A stretch of DNA of 64,000 nt from an uncultured Gemmatimonadaceae bacterium. GTDB taxonomy: Bacteria; Gemmatimonadota; Gemmatimonadetes; Gemmatimonadales; Gemmatimonadaceae. Location of the stretch: assembly GCA_963843845.1 (NCBI GenBank), contig CAWJMB010000002.1, positions 96,001 through 160,000 on the forward strand. The letters are read 5' to 3'. The translations under genes and the position numbers were made by a program. The notes under the pieces were generated by a model, which was not told the origin of the DNA, searched no databases, and saw only the letters and a program-made list of their open reading frames with translations. Positions 8,947-19,487 of this stretch are shown one piece after another; the first letter of the stretch is position 1, and the number at the start of each line of letters is the position of its first letter.

Positions 8947-9951
8947 ATGACTCACTCCTCGCACTCCCCGGCCGCCCCCCTCCGCGTCGTCGTGTTAGGC
9001 GCCGGCGGCGTCGGCGGGCACTTCGGCGGCGAGCTCGCGCTCGCCGGCCACGACGTGACGCTGCTCGCCCGCGGCGACCACCTCGCCGCGATCCGCGACC
9101 GCGGCGGGCTCGAGCTGCGCCACGCGGCGACCGGCGCCTCGCGCCTCGCCCCCGTGCGCGCGACCGACGACCACGACGCGCTCCCCGACTGCGACCTCGT
9201 CCTCGTCGCGGTGAAGAGCTACTCGCTCGGCGAGGTCGCCGGCCCCGCCGTGCGGCTCGGCCGCGCGGGGGCGACCGTGATGCCGCTGCTCAACGGCGTC
9301 GACGCGGCCGACCGACTCGTCGCGCTCGGCGTGCCGCGCGAGGCGCTGCTCGGCGGGCTGACGTTCATCAGCGTCGCGAAGGCGGCGCCCGGGGTCATCG
9401 AGCACCGCAGCCCGTTCCAGCGCATCGTCGTCGGGCGGTTCGGCGGCGCGGCGCCGAACGACCCGGCGCCCGATGGTTCGGTGCGCACCGACACGCCCGT
9501 CGAGCGCATCGTCCAGGCGTTCGGCGACACGCCCGTCGACATCCGCGTCACCGACCGCATCGAGGTCGAGCTGTGGCACAAGCTCACCTTCATCGCCGCG
9601 ATCGCCGCGGCCTGCGGGCTGTCGCGCACCGACGTCACCACCGTGCTGCGCGCGCCGATGGGGCGGCTGCTCTTCGAGCGCGCCGTCGGCGAGATCCTCG
9701 CCGTCGCGCGCGCGCACGGCGTCGCCGTCGACGACGACGCGGCCGAACGAACGATCACGACGACGGCCGGCCTCACGCCGGGGATGAAGCCGAGCCTGCT
9801 GCTCGACGTGGAGCGCGGCGGGCCGACCGAGGTGGACGTCCTGAGCGGCGCGATCGCGCGGCTCGGCCGGCGCTACGGCGTGCCGACGCCCATCCACGAC
9901 ACGGCGACGGCGGCGATCGGCGCGGCGACGGGCGTGACGATCTCGGAGTGA
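8947..9951 (+). CDS. panE: 2-dehydropantoate 2-reductase (ketopantoate reductase family)
   Basis: LGAGGVGG, VAVKSY, LLNGV, LWHKL, KPSLLLDVERGGPTEVDVLSG. Confidence 0.9.
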   Translation: MTHSSHSPAAPLRVVVLGAGGVGGHFGGELALAGHDVTLLARGDHLAAIRDRGGLELRHAATGASRLAPVRATDDHDALPDCDLVLVAVKSYSLGEVAGPAVRLGRAGATVMPLLNGVDAADRLVALGVPREALLGGLTFISVAKAAPGVIEHRSPFQRIVVGRFGGAAPNDPAPDGSVRTDTPVERIVQAFGDTPVDIRVTDRIEVELWHKLTFIAAIAAACGLSRTDVTTVLRAPMGRLLFERAVGEILAVARAHGVAVDDDAAERTITTTAGLTPGMKPSLLLDVERGGPTEVDVLSGAIARLGRRYGVPTPIHDTATAAIGAATGVTISE

Positions 9952-10276
9952 GCGCCCCGCGCCACCGAGCGCAGGCACCCGCACGCACCTCGGCGAGGCG
10001 CAGGCGGCGCTCGTCTGGGAGCGCGCGGCACGGTTGCACGCTGAGGCGCTCGCCCGCGAGCGGAGCCAAGTGCCGCACGAGCGACGTCGCGGGCGCCGCG
10101 GAGGAAGCAGGGATAGCGAGCACGTCGAGAGATGGCAGGCCCCGGCGGACGAGAGCGCGTAGACGCCGGGTTCCGGTCGCTACGCGACGCGGACGTCGCC
10201 CATGTGACTCGCGCGCATCGACGCGAAGGCGGGTCGCCGCAGCACGCGACGCCCCGCCGGTACCTCGCCCGCAGCG

Positions 10277-10670
10277 TCAGCTCGCCGACTTCTTCGCGCT
10301 CGACCGCTTCGCCGTCGACTTCCTGGCTGTCGACTTCTTAGCTGTCGACTTCTTCGCCGTCGACTTCCTGGCTGTCGACTTCTTCGCCGTCGACTTCTTG
10401 GCCGTCGACTTCTTGGCCGTCAGACTTCTTGGCCGTCGACTTCTTGGCCGTCGACTTCTTGGCCGTCGACTTCTTCGCCGGCACCTTGGCGCCCTTCTCG
10501 CGCGCCTCGGCGAGCCCGATCGCGATCGCTTGCTTGCGGCTCGTGACCTTGGGGTGCGCGCCCGCGCCGCCCTTGAGTGTTCCCTTCTTCATGCGGCCGA
10601 CCGCGCTCTCGACCGACTTACCGGCGGCTGCACCGAACTTTCGCGCACCGGTCGATTTCCTCGCTGCCAT
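10277..10670 (-). CDS. DUF6496-type small basic protein with histone H1-like (AKKST)n tail; one apparent 1-bp insertion near 10422
   Basis: MKKGTLKGG...KVTSRKQAIAIGLAEAREKGAKVP then KKSTA repeats; removing the extra base restores the repeat frame to TGA at 10277-10279. Confidence 0.85.
10311..10476. repeat. 15-bp coding tandem repeat (GCCGTCGACTTCTTG-like), about 11 units
   Basis: Direct reading of the repeated unit; encodes KKSTA/RKSTA on the minus strand. Confidence 0.9.
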
Positions 10671-10689
10671 GATCGCCTCCTCGTGAAAG

Positions 10690-10720
10690 ACGACTTCGAC
10701 GCACGTGGCGTCGAAGTCGT
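10690..10720. terminator. Hairpin between the DUF5916 gene and DUF6496 gene
   Basis: ACGACTTCGACGC-ACGTG-GCGTCGAAGTCGT, 13-bp perfect stem. Confidence 0.55.
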
Positions 10721-10755
10721 GTGTCGAAGCAAGGAGCGCGCCCATCGGCGTGACC

Positions 10756-13545
10756 TCACCGGCCGAGCCAGTAGTTCATCTTCACCTGGAAGATGTTCGT
10801 CGGCCGCGCGCGGAACAGCGCCGACCGCTCGCGCGTGAAATCGAAATCTCCGTACGCCGCCGAGCCGGCGCGCGACTGCGTCCACACGACGAAGAGCGTC
10901 GCGCCCGGTCGGTACTCCCAGCGCACGACCGCCGTACCGCGCAGCGAGCGCACGTTGAAGTCGGGGTTGCCGAACGTGAACGAGCGCGCCGGCCCGCTCC
11001 CGTCGGGGTCGACCGTGTAGCGCGTCGTCAGCCCGTCGGCGCCGAGCGTGGGCGCGATCGTCCCGACATCGTCGCCATATGCAACCATGTCGATCGCGCG
11101 TGGGCGCGCGAACTCCTGGAACCTGTCGTAGCGCCCGCTCGACAGAAACGGCTGCGCGTACAGCTCGAGCGTCAGCGTCGGCGTGAACGTCGTGTTGAGG
11201 CGCGTCTCGACGGCGAGCGTGCGCTGGTCGAGGCGCCCGAACACGTAGCGCGTGCCGTCGAACGCCGTCGCCGTCGGGTCGGGACTCGCGGCGACGTACT
11301 GCTGCACCGTGTAGTCGGTCGAGTAGCTCGGCGCGACGCTCACCAGCACGCGCGGCGACGGCCGCACGGTCACGCTCGGCGAGATGGAGCGGCTCCTCCC
11401 CTCGTTGTCGAGCGAGCGGCCGAGGCTCGCGTTGACCCCGCCGACGACGACGGCGCGGGCGTCGCTGCTCGCGTTGAACGAGTAGTAGTCGTAGCCCGAG
11501 CGCACGACCGTCGGCCCGCCGCGCGTGAGACGGTCGTCGTAGACCTTCGGGTGGTGGATGACGAAGCCCGACAGGTTGTAGAAGTTCGGCAGCGTGATCT
11601 GCCCGAAGAGCTGCCCCTGCACGTCGGTACGGTCGCCGTCGTAGTTGAACTGCTGCTGCCCGCCGAGCGACGTCCAGGCGTTGCGGTACCACCTCGTCGG
11701 GCGGGTCCACTGCCGCACGACGTTCGCGTTCATCCACTTGTAGTCGGCACGGTTCAGGAACGCGATGTCGTTCACCTCGAAGCCCGGGCTCCGCCAGTTC
11801 TGCGCGGTCTCCCACATCCAGTTGCCGCTCTCCTTCGCGAGGTGCGCGTAGAACCCGTAGCCGCGCAGGCTCGTGCGAGCGGGGTCGTAGGTCGTGCCGA
11901 ACAGGCCGTCGGACGTGACCTCGCGATCGGGGCGTTGATAGAAGTGCGCGCTCGACTGCTGCGTGCGGCGGATCGCCGCGGTGTCGCCGGCGACGTTCGA
12001 CACGATCGCCTGCGCGTCGAACGCGTACGTGCGGTGCTGCCAGTAGTGCGCGAGGTCGACCCCCGCCGACTGCGCGCTGCCGCGCAGCCGGCTCCGCGCG
12101 ATCGTATCGGTGCCCAACGCGCGGTTCGTCAGCGTCGTGATCGTGCCGACGCGCGTGTTGCCCTGACGGAAGTCCTTCCGCACGCGCCCCATGAAGTAGT
12201 TCGTGAGCGGCTCGACGTCGGCGCGCCGCACCGCCGCGGCGCCTGGGACCGCGGCGGCGGAGCTGCCGATCGGGACGTAGCGCGCCGTCTCCTTCCCGGT
12301 CAGCGCGTTCAGCACACCGATCGTCCACCCGTTCCGCGTCCGCCCCGTGATCTTCGCGGCGCCGAGGATCGTCGTCGCGTCCGGTGCGTCGAGGTAGTCG
12401 GCGCGTCCGCCGACGACGCCCGCGAGCTGCGGCGCGCGCCCGATGCGCCGCGAGTAGAACGCGCCGAGGCTCGACGCGTTGCTGCAGAAGAAGCACTTGA
12501 ACGTGCCGAAGCTGAACGTGCTCGCGTTCGCGACGAAGAACGGCCGTCGCTCCTGAAAGAAGATCTCGAACGCGCTGAGGTTCACCGTCGCCGGGTCGAC
12601 CTCGACCTGCCCGAAGTCGGGGTTGATGGTCGCGTCGAGCGTGAGGTTCGACGTGAGGTTCACGCGCGCGTCGGCGCCGGCCCGCGTCACGTTCGTCGCG
12701 CGACGGTGGAACGGATCCCCCGCCGCGACGGGCGCGAACCGCTCGCCGGTGAGCACGTACGGGAGCAGCTCGAGCTGCCGAGGCTGCGAGGCGAGCGTCA
12801 GCCCTTCGAGCGTCCCGAAGTACGCCGGGCCGCCGGGCTCGTTCTGCCGCCAGAACGCCCACATGTCCTGCTCGTTGCGGCGCGAGATCGTGCGCCACAC
12901 CTGCAACCCCCACGTCTGCGCACTGTCGCGCGAGAATCGGAGCTGCGACAGCGGAATACGAAACTCGGCCGCCCAGCCCGACGAGTCGACGCGCGACGCG
13001 CCATCCCACACCGGATCGTACGACGCGTCGCCGTTCATGTGGTCCCCCTTCACGCCGGACGGGTTCAGCTCGAACCAGACGCGCGTGTTCCGATCGTGGA
13101 ACGGGTCGAGCACGATCGCGATCTTGTCCGACGGCGCGTTGCCGAGCTGGTCGCGCCGCGCGAGCAGGCGGCGCACGCCGGCCGCGCCCTGCGCGTCGAA
13201 CATGCGCGCCGAGACGTAGAGCGCCTGCGCGTCGTACACGAAGCGCAGCTCGGTGCGCTCGGTCGGCGGGCGCCCCTCGTCGGGGAACTGCTGCCGGAAG
13301 TCGGTGATCGGTCGCGCCGCCGCCCACCCTGCGTCGTCGAGCCGTCCGTCGATCGCGATCGCCCCCGCGCGCGGCGTGGCGGCGGCGACGGGGCGCGGGT
13401 CGTTCTGCGACGGCAGACTGGCGACGACCGCGTCTCCGCGGATCGTGCCCTGCGCGGCGGCGCGTGACGAGAGCGACACGATCGCGACGAGCCCGATCGT
13501 TCGCGTGATCGTTCGTCGTGTGGCGCGAGCGACGTGATGCGACAT
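10756..13545 (-). CDS. DUF5916 / CBM9-like domain outer-membrane protein
   Basis: IDGRLDDAGW, WAAEFRIPLSQLRF, LDATINPDFGQVEVD, FFQERRPFF, FYSRRIG, RWEYRPG, C-terminal KMNYWL. Confidence 0.85.
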   Translation of the reverse strand: MSHHVARATRRTITRTIGLVAIVSLSSRAAAQGTIRGDAVVASLPSQNDPRPVAAATPRAGAIAIDGRLDDAGWAAARPITDFRQQFPDEGRPPTERTELRFVYDAQALYVSARMFDAQGAAGVRRLLARRDQLGNAPSDKIAIVLDPFHDRNTRVWFELNPSGVKGDHMNGDASYDPVWDGASRVDSSGWAAEFRIPLSQLRFSRDSAQTWGLQVWRTISRRNEQDMWAFWRQNEPGGPAYFGTLEGLTLASQPRQLELLPYVLTGERFAPVAAGDPFHRRATNVTRAGADARVNLTSNLTLDATINPDFGQVEVDPATVNLSAFEIFFQERRPFFVANASTFSFGTFKCFFCSNASSLGAFYSRRIGRAPQLAGVVGGRADYLDAPDATTILGAAKITGRTRNGWTIGVLNALTGKETARYVPIGSSAAAVPGAAAVRRADVEPLTNYFMGRVRKDFRQGNTRVGTITTLTNRALGTDTIARSRLRGSAQSAGVDLAHYWQHRTYAFDAQAIVSNVAGDTAAIRRTQQSSAHFYQRPDREVTSDGLFGTTYDPARTSLRGYGFYAHLAKESGNWMWETAQNWRSPGFEVNDIAFLNRADYKWMNANVVRQWTRPTRWYRNAWTSLGGQQQFNYDGDRTDVQGQLFGQITLPNFYNLSGFVIHHPKVYDDRLTRGGPTVVRSGYDYYSFNASSDARAVVVGGVNASLGRSLDNEGRSRSISPSVTVRPSPRVLVSVAPSYSTDYTVQQYVAASPDPTATAFDGTRYVFGRLDQRTLAVETRLNTTFTPTLTLELYAQPFLSSGRYDRFQEFARPRAIDMVAYGDDVGTIAPTLGADGLTTRYTVDPDGSGPARSFTFGNPDFNVRSLRGTAVVRWEYRPGATLFVVWTQSRAGSAAYGDFDFTRERSALFRARPTNIFQVKMNYWLGR

Positions 13546-13679
13546 GAGGAGGTCCGGTCGGAGGACCGACATCCCACCGGTGGCCGTGGGTGTGCCGGAC
13601 CGGACCCTACGAGCAGGCCGACGTGGCGTTTACCGCTTCGTCACGCCTTTCTCACACCTCGTCACACGAACCGAAGATT

Positions 13680-14462
13680 CTACGTCCTCGTCTTCGGCGC
13701 GCGCCGCTGGACGAGCTCGAGGACGCGCATCGGGAGGTGGCGGAACGCCGCGACGAGGAGGCGGTAGCGCAGCCCGGGGATGACGGTCACCGGGCCGCCG
13801 CGGTCGAGCGCACGCAGCGACGCGTCGACGACGTCGTCGGCCGACATCCAGAGCCACGACGGGATCCGCGCGACGTCGGCCTGCATGCGTGTCTGGAACT
13901 CGGTGCGCGTGAAGCCCGGGCAGAGTGCCTGCACTCGCACGCCGGTGCCGTGGACCTCGGCGGCGATCCCGGTCGCGAGCAGGCGCGAGAACGACTTCGC
14001 CGCGGAGTACGTCGCGTTCCCCGGCGCCGTCGCGAACGCGGCGACCGACGCGACGTTGACGATCGCGCCACTCCGCCGCGCGATCATGCCGGGGAGCACC
14101 GCCTGCGCGAGGCGCAGGGGCGCCGCGCAGTGCACGCGGACGAGCCGCTGCTGATCGGCGGCGTCGGCGCGCGCGAGCTTGCCCGTCGTGCCGAACCCTG
14201 CGTTGTTCACGAGCACGTCCACGCGCGGCTCGGCGCCCAACGCTCTCGCCAGCGCCTCGATCGCCGCATCGTCCGCGAGGTCGGCGATGTGGACGTGCGC
14301 CGCGATGCCATGCCGCGCCGAGAGCTCGGTCGCGACCTCCGCGAGCCGCGCTCCGTCGCGCGCCACGAGCAGCACGTCGTGGCCACGCGCCGCGAAGCGC
14401 TCGGCGAAGACGCGGCCGATGCCGGCGGTGGGCCCGGTGATGACCGCGAGCGGGCGCGTCAT
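13680..14462 (-). CDS. Short-chain dehydrogenase/reductase
   Basis: ITGPTAGIG, LVNNAGFG, YSAAK, LCPGFTRTEF. Confidence 0.92.
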   Translation of the reverse strand: MTRPLAVITGPTAGIGRVFAERFAARGHDVLLVARDGARLAEVATELSARHGIAAHVHIADLADDAAIEALARALGAEPRVDVLVNNAGFGTTGKLARADAADQQRLVRVHCAAPLRLAQAVLPGMIARRSGAIVNVASVAAFATAPGNATYSAAKSFSRLLATGIAAEVHGTGVRVQALCPGFTRTEFQTRMQADVARIPSWLWMSADDVVDASLRALDRGGPVTVIPGLRYRLLVAAFRHLPMRVLELVQRRAPKTRT

Positions 14463-15289
14463 CGCGCGACGACGCCGAGGTGGCGGAGGTACGTCGTGCG
14501 GTCGGCGAGGAATGCGCGTGTGAGGCGCACATGCTCCGTGTCCTCCGCGTCGATCGCGGACGGCGGCGCCGTGTCGAACGAGTAGCAGCGCGCGCCGGGA
14601 AGCGAGAGCAGCATCGGGGCGTGCGTCGCGATGAGGAACTGCGCGCCCTGTCGCACGCGGTCACGGATCAGCGCGAGCAACCCGAGCTGACTCTGCGGCG
14701 ATAGCGCCGCCTCCGGCTCGTCGAGCAGGAACAGCCCGCCTGGCACGAGCCGGTTCGCGAACAGCCGCAGATACGCCTCACCGTGCGAGTTGGCGTCGAG
14801 GTCGATGCCGTAGCGCCGCTCCATGTCGGCGAGCGACGAGCGCGACGGGCCCAGCGCCAGCCCGAGCGCGTACGCCGAGCGCCCGGACGCGGCGAACTCG
14901 GCTTCGACGCGCTCGACCTCGGCGAGCAGCTCGCGCCGCTCGCGCTGCAGCCGCTGCACGAAGCCGAAGAAGTCTTCGGCGCGCAGGTAGAAGCCGCGCG
15001 TCGTGCGCCGCCGCCACGACAGCGTGAGCGCACGGCCGAGTGTACGCGCGGCACTCAGCGTCGCGTCGTGGTCGGTGTCGGCGCTGCCCACGGCGGGGAG
15101 GCGCGCGGCGGACGCGATCCCCTCGAGCAACGTCGACTTCCCCGACCCGTTCTCGCCGACGAAGAACGTCACCGGCGCGTCGAGCGTGAGCGCGCCGAGC
15201 GCACGGATCGCGGGAACGGTGAACGGGTAGCGGAGGTCGGCCGGCGTTCTGCGCAGATGGATCGCGGCGAGCGGCGGGGCGGGGGTCAT
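14459..15289 (-). CDS. Stand-alone ABC-type/AAA ATPase (COG3910-like)
   Basis: Walker A GENGSGKST, FYLRAEDFF, SHGEAY signature, LLDEPEAALSP, IATHAP. Confidence 0.88.
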   Translation of the reverse strand: MTPAPPLAAIHLRRTPADLRYPFTVPAIRALGALTLDAPVTFFVGENGSGKSTLLEGIASAARLPAVGSADTDHDATLSAARTLGRALTLSWRRRTTRGFYLRAEDFFGFVQRLQRERRELLAEVERVEAEFAASGRSAYALGLALGPSRSSLADMERRYGIDLDANSHGEAYLRLFANRLVPGGLFLLDEPEAALSPQSQLGLLALIRDRVRQGAQFLIATHAPMLLSLPGARCYSFDTAPPSAIDAEDTEHVRLTRAFLADRTTYLRHLGVVAR

Positions 15290-15316
15290 GGGCGACAACA
15301 GTCTATCATTGTCGGC

Positions 15317-15730
15317 GTGTACGCGACTCCCCCGGCCCCGATCACCCGTCTGCTCATCGCACGCGGCGTCGTGCTCTGGGTGGTACTGCGCCTCACGTTT
15401 CCCGCGTCCAACTCGCTCGCGTCGGGACAGCCGCCGACGCTCGACGTCGCGCCGATCGTCGCCGCCGCGCTCGTGGCACTCGTCGGCGCGCTGCGCGACC
15501 GGCGGCCCGACACGCTGAGTGGCGGCGTGCGGCGGCGTGCGGCGGCGCGCGTCGGTCGCCGCGGCCGTCTGTCGTGCCCCCGTCCGCCTCCTCTGCGGTC
15601 CGCATCCCGCCGGTGCGGTTCCATCCCGCCCCTGCGCGTGCGTTCCGCCGTTGCCGTCGCGTTCCGCGTCTTCCGTTGCGTACCGCGGTTTCAGCCCCGC
15701 CACATCGCCGTGAGTCCCGCCGGTCAGTAG
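15317..15730 (+). CDS. Possible (degenerate) small membrane protein
   Basis: Two hydrophobic stretches (LLIARGVVLWVVLRL; IVAAALVALVGAL) then low-complexity tail. Confidence 0.3.
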   Translation: MYATPPAPITRLLIARGVVLWVVLRLTFPASNSLASGQPPTLDVAPIVAAALVALVGALRDRRPDTLSGGVRRRAAARVGRRGRLSCPRPPPLRSASRRCGSIPPLRVRSAVAVAFRVFRCVPRFQPRHIAVSPAGQ

Positions 15731-15775
15731 TCGGTCCCGCCGTTCGACACACTTCCGTCACCATGATCCGCTCCG

Positions 15776-16165
15776 ATGCCCCGCGCCCTGATCTCGTCCG
15801 GCACCCCCTGGGAGCCCCTCGTCGGCTACTCACGCGCCGTGCGCGTCGGTAATCACGTGCACGTCTCCGGCACGACCGCCACCGCCTCCGACGGCACGAT
15901 CGTCGGCGCTGGCGACGTCTATGCGCAGGCACGCCAGGCGCTGGCGAATGTCGGCCGCGCACTCGAGCAGGCTGGCGCCTCGTTCGCCGACGTCGTGCGG
16001 ACGCGCATCTACGTGACCGACATCGCGCGGTGGGAGGCGGTTGGCCGCGCGCACGGCGAAGTGTTCGGCGACGTGCGGCCGGCGACGTCGATGGTCGAGG
16101 TGAGGGCGCTCATCGACCCGATGATGCTCGTCGAGATCGAGGCCGACGCCGTGATCGACGACTGA
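15776..16165 (+). CDS. RidA/YjgF family protein
   Basis: [46 protein letters not shown]. Confidence 0.92.
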   Translation: MPRALISSGTPWEPLVGYSRAVRVGNHVHVSGTTATASDGTIVGAGDVYAQARQALANVGRALEQAGASFADVVRTRIYVTDIARWEAVGRAHGEVFGDVRPATSMVEVRALIDPMMLVEIEADAVIDD

Positions 16166-16212
16166 CGCCCCGGACCCGACGCCCCGGCGCCGACGCCCCG
16201 GCGCCCCTCGCC

Positions 16213-19020
16213 TCAGCGACCGTACAGCGCGCGGTACATCGCCGCGTTGCGGGTGACGATCCGGACGTAGTCACGCGTCTCGCCGTACGGAATCCGCTCG
16301 ACGAACAGCTCGGGGTCGCTCGCGCCCAGCCGCCGGCGCCAGCGAGCGACCGGCGTGCCGCCGGCGTTGTATGCCGCCAGCGCGTAGGCAACGTCGGGAT
16401 ACTGCGCGATCGACGACGCGAGGTGGCGTGTGCCCAATGCGACGCTGACGTCCGGCTCGCGCAGCAGTGACGCGCTCCACCCTACCCCGCCTCGTCGGTC
16501 GCCGAGTGACGACCAGAGCGCGCGGGCGACGGGGGGCATGAGTTGCATGAGCCCGACCGCGCCCGCCGAGGACACCGCCGTCGGCGTGAAGTTCGACTCC
16601 TGTCGGATCACTGCCGCGACGAGCGCTGGATCGAGCTGCTGGTCTCGTGCGGCGTCACGGATGAACGACTCCCACGGCCAGGGGTAGGCGAGCTCGTACG
16701 CCAGGCGCGGTGCCATCGACTGCGTTCCGCTCTCGACCGGCGCCACGGTCGCGGCGACGAGTCTCCCCGCGAGCCGCATCGCCGACGATGTCGCGCCGGC
16801 GTCGCGCAGTCCGCGCGCCACGGCCAGCGTCCGATCAGTGAACGCGCGATCCGCATCCCGTTCGCTCGATGGGCTCGCGCGACCTGCCGCACTGCGCGCA
16901 CTCGACGCGGTCGGGACGCTCGACGCGGTCGACGCGGTCGACGCGGTCGGCGCGGTCGCCCAGCGCACCAGCCAGTCGCGTTCCCACCCGGCTTCGGCAT
17001 CGAACCCGATGCGCTGCAGCAGCGCGATCCGCTGCACGGCCTCGTCGACGACGCGATCCGCTGGAACTGGGACCGCACTCACCGCAGGGCGCCACTCCTC
17101 CACCCCGATCCGGCGTCTCGCGAGCTCGGCGTAATACGACTGCGGCGTCTGTGTCGCGACTTCGGTCCATCGCGCACGCGCCAGTCGTGCGTCTCCGGCC
17201 GCCGACGCCGCGCGCCCCGCCCAGTACGTCGCCGCAACGTGTACGTCGCGCGACTCGTCAGTCAGCGTCGCGCCACGAATCGCGTCGAGCTCCGACAGTG
17301 CCACCCGACTGTCGCCCTCGGCGAACGCGATGAGCGCCGCGTCGAAGCGCGCCGCCGCCGCGCGACCACTGGCCGGATAGCGTCGCGCGAGCTCGAGTAA
17401 CAGCCGTCGAGCCTCGGCGTCGCGCCCGTCGTCGACGGCGAGATCGGCAAGCAGCGCGAGCGCGTTCGCAGCCGCATTCGCAGCCGCACTCGCTCGTCCG
17501 CCCCCTGTCACGCCACTGTCGCTGCCGAACGTCGCTACGACGTCTCGCAGGGCGTGGCGAGCTTCCGCGGCTCCCGTCGAGCCCACACGCAGCAGCAACC
17601 GCCCCCGCTCATACGCCGCGTCGCCCGCGAGCACCCCCCCGGCATCGCGCACTCGCGTGAGCTCACCGATCGCGTCGCGCACTCGGCCGGTCCGTCCCAG
17701 GAGTGTCGCGTAACTGTAGCGATCTCGTACCGTGCCTGACGCTGCACCACCGTTGAAGACCCGACCGAACCCGAGCACCGCACGCGATGCAGGGCCCGAG
17801 ACGGCGGCACTGCGCGCGATCGTCAGCTCGTCTCCGGGCGACAACGTCGCCGCGAACCATGCGTCGAGCAGCGCGACCGCCTGACGCGCCTCACTCGTCC
17901 CGCTCCGCGCCGCGACGAACCGAACGAGCGAGTCGCGAAGCGCCACTCGCGCGTCGCTGTCGCGCCGCCGTGCTGCCTCTTCGAGGCGCAGCGCGAACGC
18001 CTGCACCGCCCGCCCCGCACCGCGATATCCGACCGCGGCGCCAACGAGATCACCGGCCCGTTCGCGAGCGGTGGCCTCCGAGATCGACACCCGCTCTCGC
18101 GCCGCCGCGAGCCGCACGCCGGCGAGCCCCGCACCCCGGCGAGCCGGATCGCGCGTCACCTCGGCCGCCCGCAGCGCGAGCCAATCGGCAATCGGTGTGA
18201 GCAGCTCGCCAGCCGCCACATACGCGACCCGGGCGCTATCGGCGAGTGCCGCTGCAACGTCACTCCGCTGCCGATCCCCACGCGCCGCACCACCGCCAGA
18301 TGTACGGCCGACAGCCGCGCCGGAGCCGCCGCCGGAGCCGCCCCCAGCGGATGCACCGCCAGAGGCCGCGCTGCCGACATCTTCCGCGAGCATCACGAGA
18401 CGGTCGAGTGCCCGCGCCGCGACCGCGAGCCGAACTCCGCGCTCCTCTCTACTCGACGACACCTCGGCGGCATGACGCGCTTGTACCAACGCCAGTCGCA
18501 ACGCCGCCTCACGAGCGGCGGCGGGGCCAGCGATCGCTCCGCGGGCGAGCGCCGCTCGAGCGCGCAGCAACGACGCGAACCCGGCCATGCCAGTGTCCTG
18601 CACGCCACGTAGCAGCGTCTCGACAGTGCCCCACTCCTCACGCGCCGCAGCGGCTGCGGCTGCGACTCCTCGTACCGCCGTCGACGGCGACGCAGAGGGA
18701 GCGAGCGACGGCACGAGCACGGCACTCGCCCGCCACGACGCGCCCGCGCCGAGTGCCTGACGCGCCGCTCGTTCGGCGGCATCACGCGCAGGAGGCAGAA
18801 ACGCCACCAGCGCCTGTCCATCGTCGCGCGCCGGCATCCGATCCCCCTGCCACAGCGGCGCACGGAGCGGAGCCGTGCTACGGAGAGCACGAGTCGCACC
18901 GGTTGCGACACTCGTACCGACCACCGAGGCAATCACCACGACGACCGAGGCGATCGCCACGACGCCTAGCGCGACGAGCCTCCTCCGCTGCTGCGATCGC
19001 CGCAGATGAGCCATCATCAC
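16213..19020 (-). CDS. Soluble lytic transglycosylase (Slt70-like: helical repeats plus C-terminal SLT domain)
   Basis: AVIRQESNF, SSAGAVGLMQLMP, AAYNAGG, ERIPYGETRDYV. Confidence 0.88.
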   Translation of the reverse strand: MMMAHLRRSQQRRRLVALGVVAIASVVVVIASVVGTSVATGATRALRSTAPLRAPLWQGDRMPARDDGQALVAFLPPARDAAERAARQALGAGASWRASAVLVPSLAPSASPSTAVRGVAAAAAAAREEWGTVETLLRGVQDTGMAGFASLLRARAALARGAIAGPAAAREAALRLALVQARHAAEVSSSREERGVRLAVAARALDRLVMLAEDVGSAASGGASAGGGSGGGSGAAVGRTSGGGAARGDRQRSDVAAALADSARVAYVAAGELLTPIADWLALRAAEVTRDPARRGAGLAGVRLAAARERVSISEATARERAGDLVGAAVGYRGAGRAVQAFALRLEEAARRRDSDARVALRDSLVRFVAARSGTSEARQAVALLDAWFAATLSPGDELTIARSAAVSGPASRAVLGFGRVFNGGAASGTVRDRYSYATLLGRTGRVRDAIGELTRVRDAGGVLAGDAAYERGRLLLRVGSTGAAEARHALRDVVATFGSDSGVTGGGRASAAANAAANALALLADLAVDDGRDAEARRLLLELARRYPASGRAAAARFDAALIAFAEGDSRVALSELDAIRGATLTDESRDVHVAATYWAGRAASAAGDARLARARWTEVATQTPQSYYAELARRRIGVEEWRPAVSAVPVPADRVVDEAVQRIALLQRIGFDAEAGWERDWLVRWATAPTASTASTASSVPTASSARSAAGRASPSSERDADRAFTDRTLAVARGLRDAGATSSAMRLAGRLVAATVAPVESGTQSMAPRLAYELAYPWPWESFIRDAARDQQLDPALVAAVIRQESNFTPTAVSSAGAVGLMQLMPPVARALWSSLGDRRGGVGWSASLLREPDVSVALGTRHLASSIAQYPDVAYALAAYNAGGTPVARWRRRLGASDPELFVERIPYGETRDYVRIVTRNAAMYRALYGR

Positions 19021-19069
19021 GTCAGTCTCCGCTGGCGCCTACGAGCGCGCCGGCGTCGCTACACCGGCG

Positions 19070-19246
19070 TCAGCTTTCGAGAGCGGCCGCTCTCGAGAAT
19101 ACGATCGTCAGCCGCTGCGCATCCTGCGACATCATCGCCGGCTCCCATCCGCCTCGGCTCCGTTCGTTGAGCAGGTCGGTCAGTGCGTCCTCGTCGTCGC
19201 GCAGATGTCGCGAGAAACGGATGACGACGGCCTGGTATTCTTTCAC
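19070..19246 (-). CDS. Small protein (58 aa), DUF4177-like; absent from the ORF track
   Basis: Manual translation from GTG: MKEYQAVVIRFSRHLRDDEDALTDLLNERSRGGWEPAMMSQDAQRLTIVFSRAAALES. Confidence 0.65.
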   Translation of the reverse strand: MKEYQAVVIRFSRHLRDDEDALTDLLNERSRGGWEPAMMSQDAQRLTIVFSRAAALES

Positions 19247-19487
19247 GCGCGCACGGTCGGAGTGGGACCACCGAGAGAGCGAAGAGTGGCACGAGGTTAG
19301 AGCAGCAGGCGTGCCATGACAAGGGTCACGAACGCCCGACGACCGTCCGCGACGACGTTCGCGCTCGACGATCGTGCGAATTCAGGGCGTCGTGGCCCAC
19401 GCCTCGCAAGAGTGCCGTCTCGTACCTCTCACCGCCGCGCACTCGGTCGACGCTGCGGGGTCGTCGCAGTTGCCTCGTCCCGAACGT

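Noticed and set aside
10311..10476. CRISPR-like array
   Set aside because: Contiguous 15-bp units with no spacers; encodes a KKSTA protein tail
3493..13467. Long overlapping alternative-frame and antisense ORFs (3493-5253, 6527-8335, 10589-13327, 10705-13467)
   Set aside because: Arg/Ala/Pro-rich shadow ORFs expected at high GC3; no recognisable motifs
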